A DNA stretch of 64,000 bases from Candidatus Heimdallarchaeota archaeon (GCA_019057375.1 DXJF01000032.1:8560-72559), one strand, 5' to 3'. Shown: positions 46,997-57,166, counted from the stretch's first letter. The notes: a model not told the origin generated them from the letters alone. Made by a program: numbers and translations.

Positions 46997-48855
46997 AATA
47001 CGTTCGAGTCAAGTCTCTATTTGTTCTACTGTTAATCATAACCTCAAGCAATTTCATAATTATCACAACTTTTGAGTACGCAATTGCTGGGAGTCCTAGC
47101 TCAGGAGATATTCCCCCTCCAGATGGAGGAGGTTCAGATACAAGTGGTGGGGGTTCTGCAGGAGGATTATATATGAATTATAGAATTCCTTTAGTAATAA
47201 AATCTGGACCATTTGCTCCGACTTTAATAACAATCAATACATTCTATGATGGTGTTCCGATAATCTTCGGTTTCGAATCCATAGAACATGGAAATGAGAC
47301 CATATTAAATGCAAATGAAACATTAATAATCAACCCTTTGCTTGAACCTAATTTAACTAATGGGTCTTTAATACAAACTTTTGCACCACTTCAGATAAAT
47401 GTGTATCATCCATTTAGTAATTCATCTTTTGATGATACGTTCTCATATTCAACTCTTGTTATGTCTATGTGGGGGAAGCAGTATCAAAGTCAATATGACA
47501 ATATGAAAGCAATGATAGTAGCTGGAATCAACTTAACAGATGTCACAGTCACACATCCAGGAGAGGAAGCAGAATTTTATAATTTACCGATTATAGGTGA
47601 CATATTAGAACTAGATGTACAAAAAGGAACAATAGTAGAAGCAAATGCACCCATAGGTGTGGTATTTTATTCTCTCTCAACTACTGGAGGATCATTTGCA
47701 TATACTGCAATTCCTCGCTTTTTATGGGGTAAAAGATACTATGGATATCCAGCTCAAGATATTGACTCTATACCCCTATTACAGGGTAACACTGAACTAA
47801 CTTTATCTACAATAGGTGAAGGAGAAGATATACATCCTATAACAAGTAATCTGAATGATCCATTAACGAATTTACCTGAAAACGGAGTGATAACACTTTC
47901 TAATAGTGGTCTTGCTTCTGGTGAATTTTATTTCAATATTACTAGTAATTATATTAATTTTTCATTAACAGTAATGTACGACTATACTATTGATGGAACG
48001 GCTCATAAAGCAACAATTCAGTACATGGCATCAGAGAAAATGACTTATGCTGAATTTTATTATTCAGCTTTAAGTTATACAAATCAAGAATTAGGTATTA
48101 TTGTTCATAGAGAAGAATCTTGGATAATTCCAGTTATATCAGATGATAATGGAACCATTTACTATGATTTAGGAGGATTTGTTGAAAAGAATCTTGGCGA
48201 TTCATTAACCTATATCTGGAACAATTCTCTTGGTATCATTGGGAATGGTTCATTTCATGGTTTTCTATTAACCTCGCCCCCAGAATCAGCAATTTGGAAC
48301 AGTTCTGCTAACAATCTTTTCCCACTTAATCTAATATCATACTTCGAAAACACAACCACATTCTTTCCGTCTTGGTATAGATTCCCTAACATAAATGTAA
48401 GAGAAGTAATTGTAAGTCCAACAAATCTTACAGAATTCAGGAGACTTCAATTGGATATAATGGTTCAGAATAATGGTTCAGTACCTTCTGCTCCTTTTTG
48501 GGTAAGGGTAGTTGTCAATGATACAATAAGAATCAACAAAAAAATTGAAGGGGGACTTGACATAATGGAAGCGATCCCAATCATTTTTGAAGAATTTCAG
48601 GGGTTCGGATTGAAGGTTTGGAATATTTCCATTTTTACAGATTCTGAAAGTCAAATATATGAGCTTTACGAGTTTGATAATTCTTATCAATTATTTATTG
48701 AAGTAACTAGAAATTGGAATATAGTTTATACTGGAATTGCAATAGCTGTTGTGATAGTATCTTTCATCATTTATAAAATTACAAAAAGATTAAGAAAATC
48801 AAGAAAGAGAAGAAAAACACAGTTTGATGTAATACTGAGTGATATTGAGGTTTAA
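46993..48855 (+). CDS. Surface protein with Gly/Pro/Ser linker, beta-rich body, CARDB domain and C-terminal TM
   Basis: Signal peptide, PSSGDIPPPDGGGSDTSGGGSAGG, V.N.G...S..F.V.V...D.....E..E.DN CARDB pattern, TM and basic tail. Confidence 0.72.
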   Translation: MKYVRVKSLFVLLLIITSSNFIIITTFEYAIAGSPSSGDIPPPDGGGSDTSGGGSAGGLYMNYRIPLVIKSGPFAPTLITINTFYDGVPIIFGFESIEHGNETILNANETLIINPLLEPNLTNGSLIQTFAPLQINVYHPFSNSSFDDTFSYSTLVMSMWGKQYQSQYDNMKAMIVAGINLTDVTVTHPGEEAEFYNLPIIGDILELDVQKGTIVEANAPIGVVFYSLSTTGGSFAYTAIPRFLWGKRYYGYPAQDIDSIPLLQGNTELTLSTIGEGEDIHPITSNLNDPLTNLPENGVITLSNSGLASGEFYFNITSNYINFSLTVMYDYTIDGTAHKATIQYMASEKMTYAEFYYSALSYTNQELGIIVHREESWIIPVISDDNGTIYYDLGGFVEKNLGDSLTYIWNNSLGIIGNGSFHGFLLTSPPESAIWNSSANNLFPLNLISYFENTTTFFPSWYRFPNINVREVIVSPTNLTEFRRLQLDIMVQNNGSVPSAPFWVRVVVNDTIRINKKIEGGLDIMEAIPIIFEEFQGFGLKVWNISIFTDSESQIYELYEFDNSYQLFIEVTRNWNIVYTGIAIAVVIVSFIIYKITKRLRKSRKRRKTQFDVILSDIEV

Positions 48856-48858
48856 TAA

Positions 48859-51123
48859 ATGACTTTGCCAGAGCCTGAACAAGTGAAGAACTTTTCTACA
48901 AGAATAAGGCAATTCCTCAATAAATTTTGGAAGAATTTTAAAGCTAAAGGTGTCTTACCAAAGGACCAATATGAATCATTTAGTGTAATTCTAGGAAGAG
49001 ACTTAATTTTTATGGATTGGACTATTCAATTTGGTGGTCAACTTCTAGGTATTCTTTTAGGAGCTTTGGTAAGCTTTCTAGTTGGTGCAAATCTCTTCAA
49101 AGATCTCTTTGGGCAAACTGAATCTATAAATCCAAACTCCTACATCTCACTTTATGTTGGTACTTTACTAGCAGTTGTAGGTTTATCTGTATATTATATA
49201 ATGAAACTTGGGATTAGAATTAATACACCTAAAAAAATAGCTAAAAATAAATTCAACATAGCCAAAGTAGCATTTTTTGGTCTTTCATTTGTTTTTGGTC
49301 TATCTTACTTGTATAATACTTTCTTGGAACCAGCTGTTAACAAAATTGCCGGTATTGCGAATCCTTTTGATCCAAACGGTAATGGAGGAGATCCTGGAAA
49401 TGGAGGTGGTGTTGATTGGCAGTCAACAAATCAATACATAATTCTTATAGCTTCTATTTTAGCAGTAGCAGCAGTATTTGCTCTTCTTTATTCTGGAATA
49501 ATGTATTCGTTGAACAAGAAAGTTGGAACGATAGATGGAGTAGCAATTGTTGCGGCATCTACATTATTGATGTTCTATTTATTATCACAGTTTTCAATGC
49601 CTCAATATCTAATCGAGGCATTTCAAACTAAATCTTATTCACTTCTCTTACCTTTGTTAAATGATATTCTATATTATTCTCTTATTGCATTTGTAACGAT
49701 AATGGTTTATCATCTAAGTAGGAGAATTGAGTTATCTATCATCATATTGTTCCTTGGTTTTGCATTTGGATATGAATCCACAAATATTGTTGAATTTCTT
49801 ATTATTTTAAAATGGGATTTTCCCGAGAAATCATATATATCAGCTACCTTAATCAAAACTTTGCAAGGGTTACAATATGCAGGTTTAGCAGGAATGATTG
49901 CATATCCTCTAGTTTTCTATAGAGACACAGCTGCATTCTTTAAGAAAGCATATGTAACAATCAGAAATCAGGGAATGGTTTTATTTGGATTCTTCCTAGT
50001 AGTTCTTCTAATCGAAATAATATTGCAATTTGTTTTTACATACTTAGGTATTTTATTCTCACTTATTATTTTCATTGTTCTAGTTGGTTTAGTTAATTCA
50101 CTTATTACGAAAAAATATGGAAAGCAAAGCTTTACTGGACTGTTGTCAACAATGTCTAAGGCTACTCTCCAGATGGGGGAATCTGTGATTCCTACATTGA
50201 AAAAACAAACAAAATTTCTTGAGGAAAAATCGATTAGAAGAAGATTGACAGCCGTGATTTTAGGAACTACAATTCCATTGGCTCTATATTTTGGTACTAT
50301 GTATCTAACGACAGCGATAACTGAACAAACAGTTATTGGTACAACAGTATTTCTGTATACAGCTGTTCCTATTTCTATTGGGTTCATCGCATTTTCATTG
50401 AGTTACTTCTGGGTTAAGAATCCAATTATAAGAAGCAATTTTAATTATCAATATCCTCTAAAAATAGCTGGATTGATTGGAGGAATTTTTTACTTCTTCT
50501 ATGCAGTTAATGGTTTAATATATAACAGAGTGGGAGTATATCCATTAATTGCTCTTTTCTATGTTCCAATAGTTTTAGTAGCTATTTTTAGAAAAGATAA
50601 ACTAGGTACTTTGTTACTCTCTTTAGCAGGTGATAATAAAGATACAGCACTAAAAGAGCTACTCCTCAGGAGAGATTTAGATATTCCTTCTTTAGATGAG
50701 AAATTTTACAAATCTCCACCATACCTAAAAACTTGGCTTGCCATGATTTTAACAAAACGAGGAGAAAAAGCTCAAACTTCTCAGAATCTTGTATCAATGC
50801 TAGCAAGTAGCTTTCCATTAGAAAGGGCAACAGGTGCTTTGTGCATACTTTATCTAAATGATAAAGAAACTATGGAAAGAGTAATTAAAATTCTTGAAAG
50901 TGATTCCGATCCTAGAGTTAGAGACGCCATAGCCTATGGTATTAGATATTTTGAGGATCTTCCTGAAGAAATTTACAAAAGAATCATCGACTCCCAACAC
51001 TATGAAGATGATGCTAAAGTACTTGAAACACTGAAAGAAACCATTTCTTCTTTGGATATTAGGTTCTCTGCCGAGGAACAAGAAAAGGAAGTGGAATTAG
51101 AAGAGTATTTTGAAGAAATTTAG
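48859..51123 (+). CDS. Large polytopic membrane protein with a C-terminal HEAT-like domain
   Basis: About 15 hydrophobic helices; ERATGALCIL and DPRVRDAIAYGI HEAT units. Confidence 0.7.
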   Translation: MTLPEPEQVKNFSTRIRQFLNKFWKNFKAKGVLPKDQYESFSVILGRDLIFMDWTIQFGGQLLGILLGALVSFLVGANLFKDLFGQTESINPNSYISLYVGTLLAVVGLSVYYIMKLGIRINTPKKIAKNKFNIAKVAFFGLSFVFGLSYLYNTFLEPAVNKIAGIANPFDPNGNGGDPGNGGGVDWQSTNQYIILIASILAVAAVFALLYSGIMYSLNKKVGTIDGVAIVAASTLLMFYLLSQFSMPQYLIEAFQTKSYSLLLPLLNDILYYSLIAFVTIMVYHLSRRIELSIIILFLGFAFGYESTNIVEFLIILKWDFPEKSYISATLIKTLQGLQYAGLAGMIAYPLVFYRDTAAFFKKAYVTIRNQGMVLFGFFLVVLLIEIILQFVFTYLGILFSLIIFIVLVGLVNSLITKKYGKQSFTGLLSTMSKATLQMGESVIPTLKKQTKFLEEKSIRRRLTAVILGTTIPLALYFGTMYLTTAITEQTVIGTTVFLYTAVPISIGFIAFSLSYFWVKNPIIRSNFNYQYPLKIAGLIGGIFYFFYAVNGLIYNRVGVYPLIALFYVPIVLVAIFRKDKLGTLLLSLAGDNKDTALKELLLRRDLDIPSLDEKFYKSPPYLKTWLAMILTKRGEKAQTSQNLVSMLASSFPLERATGALCILYLNDKETMERVIKILESDSDPRVRDAIAYGIRYFEDLPEEIYKRIIDSQHYEDDAKVLETLKETISSLDIRFSAEEQEKEVELEEYFEEI

Positions 51124-51169
51124 TTTTTCGCAATTACTTTTTCACTTACTTAAGAAAAGAAGAAGAGAA

Positions 51170-51856
51170 TTACTTCAGAATTATTCTTGCATCTACAGGG
51201 AATAATCCATCCTCATTTGCTATTATTGGATTAATATCCATTTCCGCAATATACTCCTTATATTTCCATGCTAATTCTGAAAGTTTTACAATCAAATTAG
51301 AAAGATCTTCTTTATTCACCTTTGGCATTCCTCTGAAACCTTCTAACAAAACCCTTGCATTGATTTCTTCAATAGCTTGTAATGCTTGAGGTTGAGTTGT
51401 TGGACATAAACGAAAGACCACATCTTTGATTGCTTCAACCATGACTCCCCCTACTCCAAATAGAATAACAGGACCAAATGTTGGATCAGTATTTGTTCCT
51501 ATAATCATTTCAAGACCTTTACCAACCATTTTTTCAACAAGAATACCCGCAACATCAACACTTGAGAATCTTTTCATAAAATCATCAAATGTTGATTTTA
51601 CTTCCTCTTCTGATTGTAGATCTATTACAACTGCGCCATAATCTGTTTTATGTAAAACTTCAACCGACATCAATTTCATAACTACAGGATATCCAAATCT
51701 GCCTGCTGCTTCAATAGCTTCTTCTTTTGTTTTCACTAGAGATGAAGGAGGAACAATTATTCCCATTTTTCTCAATATCATTTTTGCTTCATGTTCTAGA
51801 ACAGCTTTCCTCTGTTCTGATTGGATTACTGTAAGTATTTCTTTTATTCCACTCAT
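51170..51856 (-). CDS. acdB: Acetate-CoA ligase (ADP-forming) beta subunit, ATP-grasp
   Basis: EHEAK.IL, GYPVVMK, HKTD.G.V, DPTFGPVILFG.GG, EMDINP, DARI. Confidence 0.93.
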   Translation of the reverse strand: MSGIKEILTVIQSEQRKAVLEHEAKMILRKMGIIVPPSSLVKTKEEAIEAAGRFGYPVVMKLMSVEVLHKTDYGAVVIDLQSEEEVKSTFDDFMKRFSSVDVAGILVEKMVGKGLEMIIGTNTDPTFGPVILFGVGGVMVEAIKDVVFRLCPTTQPQALQAIEEINARVLLEGFRGMPKVNKEDLSNLIVKLSELAWKYKEYIAEMDINPIIANEDGLFPVDARIILK

Positions 51857-51858
51857 TT

Positions 51859-53280
51859 TTAGTCCTCCATTTTGATAGATCTTGGATCCACCCCATGTTT
51901 TTGAAGATATTTAGTATAGCCAGTAAGCATACCTAATGCTCTGACAGCTCTACCAGGACTTTCAAATGCGGGTAAATCTTCTTTTAATAATTCTGCAGTT
52001 GCATAATCTGCCTCTTCGCCTCCAACTAAAGCCGTTACAAAGGGTTTTTCTTTTCTCTTAGCTAATTCTTTTGTAATTTTGATATATTCTTCTATATCTA
52101 AATCAGGTATAACTGGAATACAGATATTAACAATTGAATCAACATTTGGATCATCATAAACTGCTTCTAAAGCAATTCGATAATCTTCTGCTGTTGCACT
52201 TCCAGTTATATCAATTGGATTTCCAGTTGCATAAAATGATGGAAAAGTGTCATCGAGTTTTTTCTGTACATCAGCTGAGAACTTAGCAAGTGTAAGACCA
52301 CAATCAGAAACCATATCTGAGGCCATTACTCCAGCTCCACCACCATCTGTTACAATCGCTACTTTATTTCCCAATGGCAAAGGTTGAGTTCCAAATACTA
52401 AAACACAATCTTCTAATTGGTCCCATGTAATTACTCGGATTATTCCTGCATCACTTAGTAAGTCATCCACTATTACATCATTAGCTGACAATGCCGCAGT
52501 ATGTGAGGCTCCTGCTTTTGCACCAGTTTCAGTACGGTTTGCTTTAATTCCCATAATAGGTTTTTTTAGAGATATTTCTCTTGCTTTTTGCATGAATTCT
52601 CTGCCATTTTTGAAGTCTTCCAGATAGATAATAATCATTCTTGTATCAGGGTCTTGTCCAACATATTCTAAAGAATCAGTTTCGTTAATGTCACTTGCAT
52701 TTCCATATGAAATAAATTTGGAAACCCATTTACCAGAACCTAAACGAGAGAGCTGATCAATGAAAGCAGCACCAAAAGCTCCACTTTGAGTGAATATTGA
52801 TACAGGTCCGTTAGTTGGTCTTTTTAATTTACTATCTGGTAAAAACATTGTATCATAACCAAGAGCTGGTGAGTATAAACCTAAGCAATTTGGTCCAATA
52901 ACATTAATTTCAAACTCCCTCATAATATCGAACAATTGTTTTTGAAGTTTGATTCCTTCATCCCCAATTTCACTAAAACCACCAGTTGTAACAATTATGT
53001 TCTTTATACCTTTTTTTCCACATTCTTGTAAGGCAAAAGGAGCATATCGAGCTGGAACGATAATGCATGCAGCATCAATTGAATCATCTATCTCTAAAAC
53101 TGATTTGTATAATTTATTATTATATAGCTCTCCACCTTTTGGGTTAACAAGATACGTTTTCCCAGGAAAAAAGTGTACAAAATTATATGCTACTACATTC
53201 CCAGGTTTATTGGGAGTGGTAGAAGCACCTACAACACAAAATGATTTGGCGTTAAAGAATTTCTCTAGCCTCGCTTTCAT
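51859..53280 (-). CDS. acdA: Acetate-CoA ligase (ADP-forming) alpha subunit
   Basis: VVGAS, GPNCLG, QSGA, phospho-His SHTAAL, GGAGV, NPIDITG. Confidence 0.93.
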   Translation of the reverse strand: MKARLEKFFNAKSFCVVGASTTPNKPGNVVAYNFVHFFPGKTYLVNPKGGELYNNKLYKSVLEIDDSIDAACIIVPARYAPFALQECGKKGIKNIIVTTGGFSEIGDEGIKLQKQLFDIMREFEINVIGPNCLGLYSPALGYDTMFLPDSKLKRPTNGPVSIFTQSGAFGAAFIDQLSRLGSGKWVSKFISYGNASDINETDSLEYVGQDPDTRMIIIYLEDFKNGREFMQKAREISLKKPIMGIKANRTETGAKAGASHTAALSANDVIVDDLLSDAGIIRVITWDQLEDCVLVFGTQPLPLGNKVAIVTDGGGAGVMASDMVSDCGLTLAKFSADVQKKLDDTFPSFYATGNPIDITGSATAEDYRIALEAVYDDPNVDSIVNICIPVIPDLDIEEYIKITKELAKRKEKPFVTALVGGEEADYATAELLKEDLPAFESPGRAVRALGMLTGYTKYLQKHGVDPRSIKMED

Positions 53281-53329
53281 TAGCTATCAGAAACAAGAAA
53301 TATTGTTTTGTTAAAAATTTTTGGAATAA

Positions 53330-53461
53330 TACTACAAAAATCTTTTACATATTTCTAAACAATACTGTATTCATTGCGAAACCTCGAATAATGCAGTAGA
53401 TACATTATGTATAAATTGTGGAGCAAAATTAATAAATAAACTCCATTTTCTCTTTCATTAA
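53330..53461 (+). pseudogene. Start-less zinc-ribbon reading frame (probable gene remnant)
   Basis: Translates to YYKNLLHISKQYCIHCETSNNAVDTLCINCGAKLINKLHFLFH; no ATG after the in-frame TAA at 53327. Confidence 0.4.
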
Positions 53462-53498
53462 AGAGAAAGCTGTCAAACACAACTTTTTTTATTCTTTC

Positions 53499-54698
53499 AT
53501 GTCTTTTTCAAGTATGGCTAAAGAGTTTTCAATCCCTGCATATTGGAAAATTCCATATCAAGAAGAAATGACAGGAAAAATAACTAAAATTAGAGGAAAG
53601 GAAGTACAGTTCAGTCAGAAGTTCTTTTATCCGGGAGGAGGGGGGCAATTATCAGATAGAGGTACTATTGTTTATGCTGATAAGGAATTTCCAATAATTA
53701 ATGTCTATAAAGACGAAGAGGGAATTTGGCATGAAATAAAATCTAAAGGAAATATTGAATTTGAGATAGGAAAAGAAATACTTCTAAAATTAGATTGGAA
53801 AAGAAGATATTCATTTATGAAAGCACATTCTTCGCAACATCTCATATCTCATATTCTAGAAGAGATTTATCAATGTAGAACTCTAAAAGCTAATTTTGAG
53901 GAAGGGAAGATTGATATTGAAACTTCTATAAAATTATCACTTGAGCAAGTGATAGAGGCTTTAGAACAAACAAATGATATTATAAGTTCGGGAACTAAAA
54001 TCAAATCGATTGTTGTAGATCAAGAGGAATATAAGAAAAAATTCAAACAAAGGACAAGAGGAAAGACCTCAGATGAAGAAACTGTTAGACTCATTCAACT
54101 TGGTGAAGATGAAGGATTTGATTTAGTCTGTTGTGGAGGTATACATGTGAAGAATCTTTCTGAAGTCAAGGGAATAGTTCTTGAAAATCTAAAGGGTTAT
54201 ACTCTCAAACTTCTAGTTGATCAATATGGCTTTACATTTGCAAATCAACAAAGAAAAATGATGATTGCTTTAGAAGAGCTAACTCAAAAGAAAGATGAGA
54301 AACTTGTTAAGATGATACAAAATAAACTTAACAACTTCCATGTCCTACAATCAGGAAATGTAAAATTACTTAAAATGATTTTTAGTAATCTACAACATTG
54401 GAAGATAACAATCAATGGCTTATCATGCATTTTCTTTGAATTACCAGAAATTGATCGTCAAGCAATTCAATCTGCGGCTAAAGAGATGATTGAAGGATTT
54501 CTTGTAGTTATAATAGGAAAGAACGAAATTCTTTACATTTTATCTTCAGATGAAAATATTCCAGCAAATGAAGTAACTAAGAAGCTTCTAGAAATTACAG
54601 GAAATAAAGGTGGAGGAAATAAAGCTTTTGCACAAATATCTATACAAAAAGTAGAAAATCCACTAAAACTAGTTGAAGATGTAATAAAAAGTTTCTAA
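53499..54698 (+). CDS. alaX: Stand-alone alanyl-tRNA editing protein (AlaX) with a C-terminal DHHA1/C-Ala-like domain
   Basis: FFYPGGGGQLSDRG, HSSQH, CCGGIH, GNKGGGNKAFAQ. Confidence 0.88.
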   Translation: MSFSSMAKEFSIPAYWKIPYQEEMTGKITKIRGKEVQFSQKFFYPGGGGQLSDRGTIVYADKEFPIINVYKDEEGIWHEIKSKGNIEFEIGKEILLKLDWKRRYSFMKAHSSQHLISHILEEIYQCRTLKANFEEGKIDIETSIKLSLEQVIEALEQTNDIISSGTKIKSIVVDQEEYKKKFKQRTRGKTSDEETVRLIQLGEDEGFDLVCCGGIHVKNLSEVKGIVLENLKGYTLKLLVDQYGFTFANQQRKMMIALEELTQKKDEKLVKMIQNKLNNFHVLQSGNVKLLKMIFSNLQHWKITINGLSCIFFELPEIDRQAIQSAAKEMIEGFLVVIIGKNEILYILSSDENIPANEVTKKLLEITGNKGGGNKAFAQISIQKVENPLKLVEDVIKSF

Positions 54699-54709
54699 GC
54701 TTAATTTGC

Positions 54710-55708
54710 TTAAAAGAATACATCGTCTCTTGGTGCTATGTAAGTATAAGTTATTGGGTCAGATTTCTCATTTTTCTGAACTTTGTTTTCATCTATTAGT
54801 TTATTCAGATGGGCAGTCATGTTAGTTTTTGGTGCCAATATAGAATAGGGATGATACCAAACGATACCTTGAGAATTATGAACTCTTTCTATAAGTTGAT
54901 TCATAGTCAGATATTTTTGTTCTGTCATCGCCATTTCTAGTTGATTTTCAAATTGATGAAATGCTTCCTTTACATCATTTACGTAAGGTATAACATGTCG
55001 ATTTTCTTGATAATTGTCATGAGCAGGACATATCATGGAAATTTCTGCTTTTTCGAGAAACTCGATATTTCTCAACCACACTTTATAAGAACCTGAATAA
55101 TCAATTAAATAGCTGCTAGAGAGAGCAGGATACAAGTTGAGTGCATCACCAGTAAACATGGTTCTTTCCGCAGTTGCAAAAAACATACTGTGACCTTTAC
55201 ATATCCCATCAAAATTTATTACCATCAATTTTGTATCATCGATTTCAAATTTTTCTCCATCTTTGAAATAAATATCTGGTTTGAATGAATCTAAATCATC
55301 GAATGGGTCTTTCTTAACGGCAAAGTATAATTTCTCCTTTCTTGTGAAATTGAAATTATCCGCTTTAATTAAATTATTAGGGTCATCCATTAGAGATTTA
55401 CATTTTTCATTAATAGCGACTTGGGCATTAGGAAATATTTTCTTTAGTTTGTACACTCCCCCCATCACGTCAGGATAGGGATGTGTAAGGAAAATAAATT
55501 TTACATCTTTTGCATCTTTTCCCTTATTGAAAATTGCTTCTAGAAATGTGTTCTCTATGCTTCCTCTTCTTCCAGTGTTGATTATTGCAAAGGAATCTTT
55601 ACCTAGCAAATATCCTCTATTACGTTCTCCCCCATCTCCAGAGGGACCATCTATTATTGTAATTCTTTCATTTATCGTATGAATTGGATCAGATATCATA
55701 TTAGACAC
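54710..55708 (-). CDS. Metallo-beta-lactamase fold protein with degenerate metal ligands and a C-terminal winged helix
   Basis: THPYPDVMGG, GICKGH, FTGDAL, PAHD. Confidence 0.78.
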   Translation of the reverse strand: MSNMISDPIHTINERITIIDGPSGDGGERNRGYLLGKDSFAIINTGRRGSIENTFLEAIFNKGKDAKDVKFIFLTHPYPDVMGGVYKLKKIFPNAQVAINEKCKSLMDDPNNLIKADNFNFTRKEKLYFAVKKDPFDDLDSFKPDIYFKDGEKFEIDDTKLMVINFDGICKGHSMFFATAERTMFTGDALNLYPALSSSYLIDYSGSYKVWLRNIEFLEKAEISMICPAHDNYQENRHVIPYVNDVKEAFHQFENQLEMAMTEQKYLTMNQLIERVHNSQGIVWYHPYSILAPKTNMTAHLNKLIDENKVQKNEKSDPITYTYIAPRDDVFF

Positions 55709-55711
55709 CGT

Positions 55712-56542
55712 TTATCTTGCTTCTGCTAATATCGCAGCAACAGTTTTACTTACTTTCTTCATCTTATCAATTTCTTTTGATTTCTCTAACTTATGCTTCT
55801 CATATTTCTTTTCTGAAATCTCACCAGTTTGTGAGTTTACATATAGAACTTCTAAATCTCTTTGTAATGATTTCATCTTATTTTCAAGAGCATCAAAAGT
55901 TTTGCGCATTTTAGCCAATTCTATATTGAGTTTAGTTGTAAGATTTTCTATGTTCTTTTTGAACCTTGTTTCCATTTCTTCTAAAGTAGCTCTACTAACG
56001 GCTTTATCTCCTTTAAGTCCAGAGAGTTTTTTGAGCTTCGTGCGTTCATTATTTCTATCTTCTATGATTTCTTCAATTGGCAAAATTGCAGAGAAGTTTT
56101 TAAATTCGTTTTCTTCAGAAATAACCAAATCTACTTCTTCTTTTAACTGCTTGATTCTGGGTAGAGCTTCATCTTTAGGAATTAATTTATTCTTTACCCT
56201 ATCTAGTAATTTATCGATTTCTGCATTAATATCAGTTCTTTTTTTCAAAAGAGCGTTAAAATCATCTCTCTTTACTATAACATCTGCTATTCTCTCTACT
56301 AGTTCATCATCAGTTAATTCTTTTATCTCCTCCTCCTTCTCTTCCACTTCAATTTCTTCAGGTTCCAATGGTTCATAAATCATACCAGTGGGAGAAGTAG
56401 GATCTACCGTAGCAATTTCAATGACTTCTTTGGACTTAACAATTAGTTCCGGTTCATCCTTATGTAGCAATCTTGCACCACATTTACGACAAAAGTTCCA
56501 ATGAGATTGTACTGGGTTTCTACAGTAATGACACTCATTCAT
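55712..56542 (-). CDS. Zinc-ribbon plus coiled-coil protein (CdvA-like coiled coil possible)
   Basis: CHYC...FCRKCGARL, then long coiled coils ending LEVLYVNSQTGEISEKKYE. Start ATG 56542 follows AGGTG. Confidence 0.65.
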   Translation of the reverse strand: MNECHYCRNPVQSHWNFCRKCGARLLHKDEPELIVKSKEVIEIATVDPTSPTGMIYEPLEPEEIEVEEKEEEIKELTDDELVERIADVIVKRDDFNALLKKRTDINAEIDKLLDRVKNKLIPKDEALPRIKQLKEEVDLVISEENEFKNFSAILPIEEIIEDRNNERTKLKKLSGLKGDKAVSRATLEEMETRFKKNIENLTTKLNIELAKMRKTFDALENKMKSLQRDLEVLYVNSQTGEISEKKYEKHKLEKSKEIDKMKKVSKTVAAILAEAR

Positions 56543-56611
56543 CCTTAACACCTAAACTACCTTTGTACATCATGCTTAAAAAAGATATCATTATTTAGAG
56601 TCTGAAAATAG

Positions 56612-57166
56612 ATGAAAGTTGTAATCTGTTCCACCAATCCAGTTAAAATTGAAGCAGTAAAAGAAGCTTTTAGTTCATTTTTTGAAAATATACTTTATTT
56701 TCCTCTCGAAATGAGCAATCATAAGGAAATTTTAAGACAACCTCTGTCTTCTAAGGAAACACTTAGTTCAGCAGTAAAACGGGTTCAGGTTGCTAGAAAA
56801 GAAGAAACAGCAGATTTTTTTGTTAGTATGGAAGGTGGTATGGATTGTGATGATCATGGCGCTTTTCTAACTTGGTATGTATGTGTAGGTAATAACTCAG
56901 GTAGAGATTCAATTGCAGGAGGAGGTAGAATGCCTCTTCCAAAGTTAGTTTATGAGGAACTAGTGAACAGTAGAACTTTGGAACTAGGGGATATAATGGA
57001 TAGACTAACAAATGAAGAAAATGTTAAACAAAAGGGTGGTAGCACAGCTATATTTACAGGAAATAGAATATTCAGAAAGGACGTTTTTACAAGAGAACTG
57101 ATTATTGCTTTAATACCTTTTACAAGTGATATTTTTCAAAAAATAGAAAGAGAAGAGAAAATCTAA
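56612..57166 (+). CDS. yjjX: Inosine/xanthosine triphosphatase (YjjX/DUF84)
   Basis: STNPVKIEAV, QPLS, EGG, ELGD.MD, KQKGG...I.T.....R. Confidence 0.9.
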   Translation: MKVVICSTNPVKIEAVKEAFSSFFENILYFPLEMSNHKEILRQPLSSKETLSSAVKRVQVARKEETADFFVSMEGGMDCDDHGAFLTWYVCVGNNSGRDSIAGGGRMPLPKLVYEELVNSRTLELGDIMDRLTNEENVKQKGGSTAIFTGNRIFRKDVFTRELIIALIPFTSDIFQKIEREEKI

